A stretch of 64,000 bases of DNA from an uncultured bacterium (GCA_963719415.1 OY970383.1:748100-812099), one strand, 5' to 3'; counted from the first letter of the stretch, positions 18,055-27,712 are shown. Numbers and translations: made by a program. The notes: generated by a model not told the origin, from the letters alone.

Positions 18055-18176
18055 AAAAACTCCTTCGTATAAATATAAATAAATATAATTTCTCAACATA
18101 CTAGCAAAATGATACTATCAAAATGCATATCCATGATAGTTGAAAATTTATTAAATAACAAATAATTTAAAATTTA

Positions 18177-20747
18177 TTAAATAACAAAATTTATTAAACG
18201 GTTTGGTACAAAAACTATTTTCTTAATCGATGACGCTACAAGCCATTTTGAGACCAACACAATCGCTTCTTGCTCTATATCTTCTTGACTACTATCACGA
18301 GCAATCATAAGAGTACCCCGCACTTTTCCTTGGACCTGCACCACGAGAGGAATCTGTAACTCAATAGTAAATTTTTCATTATAAGTCGGCCATGAACAAT
18401 CTATGAGTGATTTTTCACAGACAACTTCCAATAATTCACTTGCCATACAGGGAACAAGGGTAGATAAAACTACGAATATAGATTCCCATGATTCTTTATT
18501 CAGTTTCATCTGCTGAGCATAGACATCATTCATAAGTTCCATCGCAGCTGATACTGCCGTATTAGGCTTAAATGCATCTATACGCTTTTGAAAATCCTTT
18601 ATAAATTGATGCAATCTTCTCGTAACAGCCATTGGCTGTTCTTCATTACTACGTAATATATTATTTGCATTTGTGCTATAGGACCACAATCGATTTAAAA
18701 ACCTTTTAACCCCATCAAGTCCTGTATCTTGCCATTCACAATCCAATTCTGGTGGTCCCATAAAAAGAATATACATACGTAATGCATCAGAACCAAACCT
18801 GTTTACAATTTCATCAGGGTTAACTACATTCCCCTTAGATTTTGACATTTTTTCAACATGGCCCGTTAATTCAGACAATTTAAGAACCATCCCTTGATTA
18901 AAAAGCTGAGCAAACGGCTCATTAAAAGGCAAATGGCCCAAATCGTAGAGTACTTTTACATAAAATCTGGCATACAGCAAATGTAAAATAGCATGTTCGA
19001 TACCTCCCACATAAAGATCAACCGGCAACCAATAATTCATGTCTTCTTGACTCCATGGTTTATCGGTTAATGTCGGATTTGGGTAGCGTAAAAAATACCA
19101 ACAAGACCCCGCCCATTGAGGCATGGTATTGGTCTCTCTCTTAGCGCTTTTATTACATGAAGGACATACCGTATTAACCCACTCAGTAATGGCAGCAAGA
19201 GGCGATTCCCCGGTACCTGTCGGCTGATATTTTTCCACTTCCGGCAAAATAACGGGTAACTGATCTTCGGGAACCGGCACAATACCACAATCCGTACAAT
19301 GAATAAGCGGAATAGGTTCTCCCCAATAACGTTGACGAGAAAAAATCCAGTCACGTAATTTATATTGATGAGTAAGTTCTGCTAAACCCCTGTCTTTGCA
19401 ATACTCGATAATCTCTTTTCTGACGTCGCCAGCCCGACAACCCTTAAATTCAGCAGGAGCTGACAAAATGCCATTTTCCATATCTGTGTAACAAAACTCT
19501 AAGTTAGCAACCTGTTGAGCTAATACGGGATCGGTAGGAAACAATACCGGCTTTAAAGGGATATTATATTTTTTAGCAAAATTAAAATCACGTTGATCAT
19601 GAGCTGAACATTTCACTATACCCGTGCCATAATGAGCAAGCGCAAAGCTAGCAACCCAAATCGGTAGTTCAGTATTGCTTACTGGATCTATAATATAACG
19701 GCCAGTAAAAATACCCTCACTATTATTTATCTTATCAGACTCTTTTTCATTATTTTTCTCTTGCTTTCGACTATCAACTATTTTTTTACAAAAAGCTATA
19801 ATCTCATCCTTATTGGCAACGGGATCAATTAAGTCTAAAAGAAGCGGATGATCGGGCGCAATAACCACGAACGTATCTGATGCAAAAGCTTCAAAATGGG
19901 CATTAAAAGTCTGAATAATTATACTCTTTTCAGCTGATTTTAATAGATGGGAGGATTGGTCGTTTCTCTCTAAAGAGGGAGAACAATCGGTAGTTTTGCT
20001 CGCGTATTGAGAGGCCAAAACTTTGACTGGTGCGGCAAAAAGTAAACCCTTACTTTTGCCAATCCAATTTCGTTGCATTGTCTTAACTTTTTCTGGCCAA
20101 TTCAGCGTATCAAGATCATTTAACAGCTTTTCTGCATAATCGGTGATACGTAAAACCCACTGCCTAATCTCTTTTTGTTCAACCAACGTACCGCATCGTT
20201 CACAACCACCATTCACCACTTCTTCATTTGCCAAACCAGTCAAACAAGATGGACACCAATTAATCGGCATAAATCCTTCATAGGCAAGACCAGCTTTATA
20301 CATTTGTAAAAAAATCCACTGCGTCCATTTATAATAGGCTGGATCGGTAGTATTGATCTCTTTAGACCAATCATACAGAGCGCCAATCTGCTTAAGCTGA
20401 GTTTTAAAATGAGCAATGTTACGATCGGTACCTGCTTGAGGATGAATTCCTTTTTTAAGAGCATCATTTTCTGCTGGAAGACCAAAAGCATCCCACCCCA
20501 TTGGATGTAAAATTTGATAACCCTGCAACCATTTTATACGAGCGTAAACATCAGAAAGAACATATCCTCTCCAATGACCAACATGAAGACCCGAACCTGA
20601 AGGATAAGGAAACATATCTAGACAATAATATTTTTTACCCGTTTTATTATTTTTTTCGCTACCATTTTTTACTAAAAGATCCGATTCTATCCGTGCATGC
20701 CACTTCTGCTCTACCTGTTTTATATCATATTTTATATCTTGTTGCAT
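18177..20747 (-). CDS. leuS: leucyl-tRNA synthetase
   Basis: 856 aa: [12 protein letters not shown] (HIGH), KMSKSKGN (KMSKS), NWIGKSKG, a CP1 segment with [18 protein letters not shown], and [16 protein letters not shown]. Confidence 0.95.
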   Translation of the reverse strand: MQQDIKYDIKQVEQKWHARIESDLLVKNGSEKNNKTGKKYYCLDMFPYPSGSGLHVGHWRGYVLSDVYARIKWLQGYQILHPMGWDAFGLPAENDALKKGIHPQAGTDRNIAHFKTQLKQIGALYDWSKEINTTDPAYYKWTQWIFLQMYKAGLAYEGFMPINWCPSCLTGLANEEVVNGGCERCGTLVEQKEIRQWVLRITDYAEKLLNDLDTLNWPEKVKTMQRNWIGKSKGLLFAAPVKVLASQYASKTTDCSPSLERNDQSSHLLKSAEKSIIIQTFNAHFEAFASDTFVVIAPDHPLLLDLIDPVANKDEIIAFCKKIVDSRKQEKNNEKESDKINNSEGIFTGRYIIDPVSNTELPIWVASFALAHYGTGIVKCSAHDQRDFNFAKKYNIPLKPVLFPTDPVLAQQVANLEFCYTDMENGILSAPAEFKGCRAGDVRKEIIEYCKDRGLAELTHQYKLRDWIFSRQRYWGEPIPLIHCTDCGIVPVPEDQLPVILPEVEKYQPTGTGESPLAAITEWVNTVCPSCNKSAKRETNTMPQWAGSCWYFLRYPNPTLTDKPWSQEDMNYWLPVDLYVGGIEHAILHLLYARFYVKVLYDLGHLPFNEPFAQLFNQGMVLKLSELTGHVEKMSKSKGNVVNPDEIVNRFGSDALRMYILFMGPPELDCEWQDTGLDGVKRFLNRLWSYSTNANNILRSNEEQPMAVTRRLHQFIKDFQKRIDAFKPNTAVSAAMELMNDVYAQQMKLNKESWESIFVVLSTLVPCMASELLEVVCEKSLIDCSWPTYNEKFTIELQIPLVVQVQGKVRGTLMIARDSSQEDIEQEAIVLVSKWLVASSIKKIVFVPNRLINFVI

Positions 20748-21078
20748 AACAATTCCCTTTCGCTAAAAAAAATAACTCAAAAAACAGATCTAAAAAATAT
20801 ATAGTAACCCTCCCCCCACTATGAGAGAATTATAAAATTGGGGCCTATGGGGGTCCCACTAAAAAACTAAATTTCCCACCGCAAACGAGGAAAAAAAACG
20901 AGCAATACTAAGCACGAATAACTAAATTTTAACAATTTATTGTTCGCAAAATTAATATTGGCTACTAAAATCACTCACTACAATCGGGTAAAATTAATGT
21001 TATTATGATAATCGTATGTTTTTTAAATAATAGCGTCAAAAAATTAACAACAATCAATAATTAAAAGAGCTCATATAT

Positions 21079-21720
21079 ATGAACCAACAAGCAAACCAAT
21101 GCACCAACACAAACAAAAAACAACTCACCAATAAATCTATTGACGAATCTATTTTGGTAATAAAGCGAGATATACTATTTCATGATGGCAACGTTCAGGG
21201 GCTTAAACTAACAAACATAGATAGCTATAGAGATCTTATCCAACAACATAAAGAGTTTTTGCCCCGGTCTTTAATGGAAACCGATTATGCCTACAAACAG
21301 GTTATCCCTTACCTTATATTTACCCATGAAAATCATTATTTTTTAATGCAAAGACACGCAAAAGCATCAGAAACAAGACTGCAAAACAGATTTTCCCTCG
21401 GTATAGGAGGACATATTTATCAAAAAGATATGCTAACTAACGATATCTATGCATGGGCAGAGCGAGAGTTTCATGAAGAGATAAACTATACCCACTCTTT
21501 AACCAAAATAGAACCTATTGGCATTTTGAACGACGACTCAAACGATGTAGGACGCGTTCATGTGGGCCTTGTTTTATTGCTTCACGGAGATTCTTCTACT
21601 ATTAACATTAAATCAGAGCTTGCAAGCGGCAAACTGGTTTCATTGAAAGAATGCGAGACTCACAGACCTCAGTTAGAAAGCTGGAGCTCTATTGTTTTTG
21701 ATTATTTGTTAATTAGATAA
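21079..21720 (+). CDS. Nudix-box-containing hydrolase-like protein
   Basis: GIGGHIYQKDMLTNDIYAWAEREFHEEINY fits the Nudix box Gx5Ex7REUxEExGU only loosely (REFHEE matches the core). Confidence 0.45.
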   Translation: MNQQANQCTNTNKKQLTNKSIDESILVIKRDILFHDGNVQGLKLTNIDSYRDLIQQHKEFLPRSLMETDYAYKQVIPYLIFTHENHYFLMQRHAKASETRLQNRFSLGIGGHIYQKDMLTNDIYAWAEREFHEEINYTHSLTKIEPIGILNDDSNDVGRVHVGLVLLLHGDSSTINIKSELASGKLVSLKECETHRPQLESWSSIVFDYLLIR

Positions 21721-21826
21721 TTTAATGTTATGGTAATAAAGATTATTATTTGTACTTTTTAACCCCCTTAACCCTCCACAATACGGAGTATGCTTTGTAA
21801 AAAAAAGCAGATCAAGGAACGCTTAC

Positions 21827-23692
21827 ATGTCAAAAGAATTTATACGACCTGAGCAATTTTGTACCGTAAGAACTGCTCATGTAGAACCAGAAGATTTTCT
21901 TGAGCTTTCACCCGAACAGCTAAAAGAATTGTCTGATTTATACACAGGACTCTTTGAACAATTTAAAGTTGGCAAAATTGTTAATGGAGTCGTTGTTTCA
22001 GTTGATTCTGACGGAGTACTTATTGATATAGGCTTCAAATCTCGAGGCCTTATACCAAAATTTGAATTTAAAGATTATGAACTCAAAAAAATCAAAGCTG
22101 GCGATCCTATTGAAGTAATGCTTGATGCTCTTGAAAATCCAGAAAATGGCACCGTTGTGCTCTCTTATGAAAAAGCAAAAGCTCTTAAAGCATGGCAAAC
22201 TATTATAACTCTATTTGAAGAAAACAAACCTGTTGAAGGTCTTGTTACGCATAAAGTTAAAGGTGGCCTCAACGTTGACATAGGCGTACCTGCCTTTTTA
22301 CCTGGATCACAAATTGACCTACAACGTATCACTGACTTTGATCATTTTGTTGGTCAAACTATCACCGCTAACATTCTAAAAATTAATCAAAAACGAGGCA
22401 ATGTCATTATCTCTCGCCGTAAATATCTAGGCGATATGCGCATTGACTCTCGTAAAAAAATATTAGATAAATTGAGCGAAGGTAGCATCATTCGTGGCAT
22501 GGTTAAAAATATCACTAACTATGGTGTGTTTATTGATATTGGTGGCGCTGATGGCTTATTGCATATTACCGATATGACATGGGGCCGCATTTCTCACCCA
22601 AGCGAATTAGTAAAAATTGGCGATTCTATCACGGTGAAAGTTCTTTCGTTCGATAAAAATAATCAAAAAATTGCTCTTGGCTTAAAACAGCTAACTGAAA
22701 ATCCATGGGCAAATATTGATGAAAAACTCAAAATAGGCGATAAAATCAGAGGCAAAATATCAAGCATCACTGATTATGGTCTTTTTGTTGAAGCAGCTAA
22801 GGATATCGAAGGCTTAGTCCATATTTCTGAAGTTTCATGGACTGACCGTATCAATAATTTAAATCAACGATTTAAAGTTGGCGACCTTATTGATGTTGTT
22901 GTAGTTTCTCTTGATAAAGAAAACAGAAGAATGTCTTTAAGTATTAAACAACTTGAAAACAATCCATGGGCAACTATCGACCAAGTATTTAAGCCTGAAC
23001 AACGAATCAAAGGGAAGATTAGCAATATCACTGACTTTGGTATTTTTGTTCAATTAGTTCCTGGCATTGACGGATTAGTACATATCTCTGATTTCTCTTG
23101 GACAGAACACATTGATCATCCAAGCGATCGCTACAAAATAGGCGAAGAAGTTGAAGCTGTAATACTAAACATCGATAAAGATAATAAAAAAGTATCTCTT
23201 GGTATCAAACAATTAGATAGAGATCCATGGGCAACTGTTGGTCAAGACTATCCTATTGATTCTATTGTTGAAGGCGAAGTTTCTAAAATTACCAATTTCG
23301 GTGCCTTTATTAAATTGCCTACAGGTATAGAAGGTCTTATCCATAATACAACATTAATGGAAGATCAAGGCAAAAAAGCAGAAGCATTGCTTAAAGTTGG
23401 TCAAAAAACAGAATTTCGTGTTATTAGCGTCAACAAAGAAGAGCGAAAACTTGGACTCTCTTCACAAATAGAAAAAACGAAAAAACCGGCAACACCACAA
23501 CAAGCAACTCAAGACGCACCTATTGTTGAAAATCAAGCTAAAGAAGCAGCAATAAAACGTGAAAAAGTTGCGGCAAAACCACGCGTACAAAAACAAGAAC
23601 CTGTTGCATCTAAAACCAAAAGTTCATTACAAATTGCTCTTGAAAGTGCTATGCAAAAACAAGAACAAGACGAACAAGATAGCAATAAATAA
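21827..23692 (+). CDS. rpsA: 30S ribosomal protein S1
   Basis: Six repeats of the S1 motif (e.g. GMVKNITNYGVFIDIGGADGLLHITDMTW, GKISSITDYGLFVEAAKDIEGLVHISEVSW), followed by a K/Q/E-rich C-terminal extension. Confidence 0.93.
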   Translation: MSKEFIRPEQFCTVRTAHVEPEDFLELSPEQLKELSDLYTGLFEQFKVGKIVNGVVVSVDSDGVLIDIGFKSRGLIPKFEFKDYELKKIKAGDPIEVMLDALENPENGTVVLSYEKAKALKAWQTIITLFEENKPVEGLVTHKVKGGLNVDIGVPAFLPGSQIDLQRITDFDHFVGQTITANILKINQKRGNVIISRRKYLGDMRIDSRKKILDKLSEGSIIRGMVKNITNYGVFIDIGGADGLLHITDMTWGRISHPSELVKIGDSITVKVLSFDKNNQKIALGLKQLTENPWANIDEKLKIGDKIRGKISSITDYGLFVEAAKDIEGLVHISEVSWTDRINNLNQRFKVGDLIDVVVVSLDKENRRMSLSIKQLENNPWATIDQVFKPEQRIKGKISNITDFGIFVQLVPGIDGLVHISDFSWTEHIDHPSDRYKIGEEVEAVILNIDKDNKKVSLGIKQLDRDPWATVGQDYPIDSIVEGEVSKITNFGAFIKLPTGIEGLIHNTTLMEDQGKKAEALLKVGQKTEFRVISVNKEERKLGLSSQIEKTKKPATPQQATQDAPIVENQAKEAAIKREKVAAKPRVQKQEPVASKTKSSLQIALESAMQKQEQDEQDSNK

Positions 23693-23706
23693 TAGGGATA
23701 TATAAA

Positions 23707-24201
23707 ATGAATGAACTAACATTTGCAATGATCAAACCCGATGTTATTAAAGCCAAAAACAGCGGTAAAGTTATTGATTTAATCGAACAAAATGGATTTA
23801 CCATTTTACGTATGCAAAAAGGCCAATTAAGTAAAGAAATGGCAGAAGACTTTTATGCAGTTCATGCATCTAAGCCATTTTTTAACGAACTTGTCTCTTT
23901 TGTAACCTCTGGACCAGTTATAGTAATGGCATTAGAAAAAGAAAATGCCATTAAAGACTGGAGAAATCTTATGGGTGCTACAGATCCATTACAAGCCGCT
24001 CCAGGTACCGTAAGAAAGCTATACGGTGCTAATATTGGAGAAAATGCGGTTCATGGTTCTGACAGTCAAGAAAATGCGGCTATAGAGCTTACACTATTCT
24101 TTGGCCAGCCACCGTTAGATGAAGAACAAGCAGAAGAGAGCGAAGAAGAAGAAGAAGAAGAAGAAGAAGAAGAAGAAGAAGAAGAAGAAGCTAGCAACTA
24201 A
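23707..24201 (+). CDS. ndk: nucleoside diphosphate kinase with a C-terminal poly-Glu tail
   Basis: TFAMIKPD, GPVIVMALE, NAVHGSDS (catalytic His context). Tail is ESE(16)ASN. Confidence 0.9.
   Translation: MNELTFAMIKPDVIKAKNSGKVIDLIEQNGFTILRMQKGQLSKEMAEDFYAVHASKPFFNELVSFVTSGPVIVMALEKENAIKDWRNLMGATDPLQAAPGTVRKLYGANIGENAVHGSDSQENAAIELTLFFGQPPLDEEQAEESEEEEEEEEEEEEEEEEASN
24142..24189 (+). repeat. perfect (GAA)16 trinucleotide repeat inside ndk
   Basis: Counted from the sequence. It encodes 16 consecutive Glu. Confidence 0.9.
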
Positions 24202-24251
24202 TTATTGCTGGTAAGTATTTATTATACTTATCAAAAATATAAATAAAAAAA

Positions 24252-24298
24252 TTTCCCGGAAAAAGTTGTTTAAAGACTCTTTCCGGGAAATTTTTTTT
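24252..24298 (+). terminator. rho-independent terminator after ndk
   Basis: tttcccggaaa (24252-24262) pairs with tttccgggaaa (24280-24290), followed by T8. Confidence 0.8.
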
Positions 24299-24730
24299 AC
24301 TTATATTCGATTCCCTTTTTTACCAAATTTTAATTAAAACCAAGTCTGTTTTTCTCTTTTTCTCTCTATAGCAAGACTTAAATAAAAAGTCGCAAATAGG
24401 TTAAAGTATTAAAAACTTGTGAGATAGTTTTTATCCCACAATCACACCCCGCCTAAAGGCCAGGAACCCCAGAATAAACGGAGACCCATTTTTTGTTTGT
24501 GGATCGCGACGCGGCCTACAAATGAAGAATTTTAACGCGTTTTTACTATAAAACGCTCCCCTGAATATACTCCTAGGATAAAGGTGACCCAGCTCTTATT
24601 ATACAAACTGTAAATTTTACAGAATCCATAGCCTCTGCTATACTTAAATATAATAGACCCAATATCGGCAAAATAGGCCAAAATTAAAGTAAAAAAAGTA
24701 ATAATCAATAAAAACAAAAAGAGACGGTAA

Positions 24731-26086
24731 ATGGCGAATAACCTATCATCACCTAGCTACAAAACATTTCCCTCAACACCGGGAGTCTATCTGTTTAAAA
24801 ATAGTGAAAAGCTCATACTTTACATAGGAAAAGCGATATCTTTGAAGAATCGTGTAGCCTCTTATTTCCGTAAACAGCTGACGGACTGGAAAGTAAACGC
24901 CCTTATTGCTGAACATGCAACAATAGAATATATATCTACCCCCACAGAGATAGAAGCTTCATTATTAGAAGCAGAGCTCATAAAACAGCATCAGCCAAAA
25001 TATAACGTCCTTCTCAAAAGTGGGCAACCATTTCTTTATATCTATTTTACTAAAAAACCTTATCCGACCATTAAAATAGTACGAACTAAAAAACAAAAAG
25101 GGGTCTACTTTGGACCTTTTTTACAAAAAAAAGAAGCCCGATCTACGTATAATTTTTTAGTAGAAACCTTTAAGTTGAAAATTTGCAATAAAAAAATAGC
25201 GCATGGCTGCCTGGATTATCATATAGGTTTATGCCCTGGTAGCTGTATGGCTGATTTTAGCCAACAAGACTACCTATTTCGGCTTAATCTTGCTCAACAA
25301 GTTCTTAAAAATAAACACAAAGCCTTTATTACTGATATTAACCACAAAATAGAAGAATATAATGCATCTTTAGCATTTGAAAAAGCAGCTCATATGTATA
25401 TATATCTAAATAATATCGAAACTATTTTTAACACTATTAAAATAGATTATAAAATCTCTAATTTTATTAATTCTGATAACGCGTCCAATACTATCACACA
25501 AAAACCTGAGATACCCGATATTGAAATGGCCACTATTGAGACGGCAAATAGCAATACACCTGCACACAACCCAAAACCAGATTATATAGCGAAAAACAAA
25601 AAAAAAGCTCTTGAAGATCTACAACAACTACTCGATATTCCAACACCCATTAGCACTATAGATTGTTTTGATATTTCACATTTTCAAAGTAAAAGCATTG
25701 TCGGTTCTGCTATACGATTTACGAATGGAAGTCCTGAAAAAAACAAATTTAGACGTTTTAATGTGGTAAGTATCACTCAGCAGAACGACTATGCCGCCCT
25801 TCAAGAAATTGTGTCTCGTCGCTATAAAAATGGTGATTTTCCCGACGTAATTCTCATTGATGGCGGCAAAGGTCAACTTAGTTCTGTACAAAAAATAGTT
25901 CCTGGACATATATGTATAAGTTTAGCTAAAAAAAATGAGCTCTTATTTAGCGATCTACATCCACAAGGCGTACCTCTTGATATTCATACACCAATGGGAA
26001 AATTACTAATTGAATTGCGCGACTATGCTCATCATTTTGCAATTACTCACCATCGAAATAAAAAGAAAAAAGCTGATTTAAAGTAA
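24731..26086 (+). CDS. uvrC: excinuclease ABC subunit C, short form lacking the C-terminal (HhH)2 domain
   Basis: GIY-YIG region (PGVYLFKN...LYIGKAISLKNRVASYF...EASLLEAELIKQHQPKYN). Cys segment CLDYHIGLCPGSC. UVR-like FEKAAHMY. Endonuclease domain IDCFDISHFQ...ILIDGGKGQL...LRDYAHHFAITHHRNKKK, then stop at 451 aa. Confidence 0.85.
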   Translation: MANNLSSPSYKTFPSTPGVYLFKNSEKLILYIGKAISLKNRVASYFRKQLTDWKVNALIAEHATIEYISTPTEIEASLLEAELIKQHQPKYNVLLKSGQPFLYIYFTKKPYPTIKIVRTKKQKGVYFGPFLQKKEARSTYNFLVETFKLKICNKKIAHGCLDYHIGLCPGSCMADFSQQDYLFRLNLAQQVLKNKHKAFITDINHKIEEYNASLAFEKAAHMYIYLNNIETIFNTIKIDYKISNFINSDNASNTITQKPEIPDIEMATIETANSNTPAHNPKPDYIAKNKKKALEDLQQLLDIPTPISTIDCFDISHFQSKSIVGSAIRFTNGSPEKNKFRRFNVVSITQQNDYAALQEIVSRRYKNGDFPDVILIDGGKGQLSSVQKIVPGHICISLAKKNELLFSDLHPQGVPLDIHTPMGKLLIELRDYAHHFAITHHRNKKKKADLK

Positions 26087-26092
26087 TTATGA

Positions 26093-26605
26093 CTAATAAC
26101 GCCATCCTTCCTCATTCAGCTTCAACCAATATGCATTAATATCTTTTTTAATCCGTTCAATAATAGCTCTATCTGGCAAAACAGCCGTGACCCTTTCTAT
26201 ATAATTACCAGATTTAGTTTGCGTAGAGACAATCTTCACCGCATGAACATCAGTAAACAAACCGCTGCTCAAAAAGATTGTTGCGCTCGTTACTACTTTT
26301 TCAATTTCAGGACAAAATATAAATTTTCGCAACCCAACATCGCAAACTTGTTGGCTTCTCAAAACATGCTCACCGGTTATCGAATCAGTCATTTTATTGT
26401 AAAGACAATTGATAGATTCCTCCGTTTTATTTATTGTCTCAATAAAATCTTGACCTTTTTTAATCGAAAAATCTACTAAGCTTGACTCAACTTCTACTAA
26501 TTTTTGACTAAATATTTCGCATCCAATACTCTTCTTTTCTTCTTCACCCATCGCATCAACAGAAAAAAAAGATATACATAAAAAAAGTAATAATACATTT
26601 TTCAT
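26093..26605 (-). CDS. hypothetical small secreted protein
   Basis: ATG 26605 is preferred. Signal MKNVLLLFLCISFFSVDA. No recognised family. Confidence 0.5.
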   Translation of the reverse strand: MKNVLLLFLCISFFSVDAMGEEEKKSIGCEIFSQKLVEVESSLVDFSIKKGQDFIETINKTEESINCLYNKMTDSITGEHVLRSQQVCDVGLRKFIFCPEIEKVVTSATIFLSSGLFTDVHAVKIVSTQTKSGNYIERVTAVLPDRAIIERIKKDINAYWLKLNEEGWRY

Positions 26606-26647
26606 ATCTATTTCCACGTTTATTTAAGGGCTAAAACTTTTTGTATC

Positions 26648-27139
26648 TCATTCACTAAAGCTTCTTTTATATGGTGGCAATGGCAAACAATTAATGCGAC
26701 TCTGATCAACAAAAATATCCCCATATCTTGCTGTTAATGCATTATATCGCTTTTCCAAATTATCAAGCCCTTGATTAATTATAGCAAGATCTTCCTCAAA
26801 GCTTTTTTCATCTTCTTGCTCAACATTACCGTTCTCATCTACACCGTATATTTGACGAATAAATTCTTCGCGCTTCCTCAAGCCTCCTGCAGCAAGAAGA
26901 ACAGAATATTTTTTGTTTCTGACAGACAATATCCTTTGATCAAATAATAGCGTTGATCCTTCATCCTCTATATACGGTAATACATCTCCCGTACTCCCAC
27001 TTGGGTATCGCATACGAGAAACAACACATGTCGGCATAAAAGTCTCTTCTTCCCATTCATCAGAACAAAAAATAGGGGAAAAATATAAAAAACTAAACAA
27101 AAAACCTAAAAAAACTCTTTTTTCATATAAAACAAACAT
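26648..27139 (-). CDS. hypothetical small secreted protein
   Basis: N-terminal hydrophobic segment VFLGFLFSFLYFSPIFCS. C-terminal helix LDNLEKRYNALTARYG. Confidence 0.5.
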   Translation of the reverse strand: MFVLYEKRVFLGFLFSFLYFSPIFCSDEWEEETFMPTCVVSRMRYPSGSTGDVLPYIEDEGSTLLFDQRILSVRNKKYSVLLAAGGLRKREEFIRQIYGVDENGNVEQEDEKSFEEDLAIINQGLDNLEKRYNALTARYGDIFVDQSRINCLPLPPYKRSFSE

Positions 27140-27238
27140 AAGCTACTCTCTTTCTTTTTGAACTATAAGCATAGAGAAATATAACAAAAATAGAATCATA
27201 AATACAACACTGCTTCTATATATTTATGGCTCTATTTT

Positions 27239-27622
27239 TTAATTAAAGTTATCTATTATGCCATTTTGTTTTTGCACACTGTGCCATTTTTTTTCAAATT
27301 CATCTATACGCAACTTCAATTGTACAATAATTGGAGTATCACTCTTTTGTTGTTCTTCAACACTTAAGCCAAATTGCGCATAGTTTTTATAACTTGGATA
27401 ACAATTCCCTTTTTTTTCTATACTAATCATAAAAATATTACACCCAATTGCCTTGAAAACATTAGTAACTTCAAACACTTCAGCAGGCAATGCAATACGA
27501 TAAGTAGCATTAAAGAGCAAAGTGCCTGGCAGCTTGCATACATCTCCCCATCGCTCTTGCTGTTCTACCATAGCTTCTGTTGTTATAAAAATAAAAAACG
27601 ACAAAAAAAATAAATTTTTCAT
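27239..27622 (-). CDS. hypothetical small secreted protein
   Basis: ATG 27622 with a GGGAG RBS. Signal MKNLFFLSFFIFITTEA. C-terminal helix IDEFEKKWHSVQKQNG. Confidence 0.5.
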   Translation of the reverse strand: MKNLFFLSFFIFITTEAMVEQQERWGDVCKLPGTLLFNATYRIALPAEVFEVTNVFKAIGCNIFMISIEKKGNCYPSYKNYAQFGLSVEEQQKSDTPIIVQLKLRIDEFEKKWHSVQKQNGIIDNFN

Positions 27623-27712
27623 GCCCGCTCCCTTATTTAAAATAGCGCTTATTCCCCCTATACTTATTATCTGCATTTATTCGTTAAAAACTTAATAATT
27701 TTGTAATAAGGG

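Noticed and set aside
17594-18082. 162-aa plus-strand ORF antisense to paralogue 17524..18054. Similar antisense ORFs at 14545..14856, 16381..16581, 16730..16921 and 12591..12914
   Set aside because: The minus-strand (or, for 12591..12914, the plus-strand) genes have signal peptides, RBSs and paralogue support. The antisense frames are Ser/Thr/His-rich mirror images with non-ATG or unsupported starts.
18144-18198. Repeated aaatttattaaataacaaa motif at the leuS 3' end as a regulatory repeat
   Set aside because: It is a short AT-only duplication of the last leuS codons and their downstream sequence, indistinguishable from slippage in AT-rich DNA. No structure or conserved partner was identified.
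20790-20900. T-box or other leader upstream of leuS in the GC-rich patch (ccctccccccact...ggggcctatgggggtccc...cccaccgcaaacgagg)
   Set aside because: The conserved T-box sequence (AANNNGGGUGGNACCGCG) is absent on the leuS strand, and no convincing terminator/antiterminator pair was seen. It may be a promoter-proximal element, but I cannot support a call.
24420-24530. SRP (4.5S) RNA, tmRNA, RNase P RNA or tRNA in the ndk-uvrC spacer
   Set aside because: None of these were found on either strand: the SRP helix-8 motif (GGAA tetraloop flanked by AGCA/GGUGCUGUUU-type strands), a tRNA-like T-arm/CCA end, or the GAGGAAAGUCC RNase P motif. The region is kept only as an unassigned GC-rich island.
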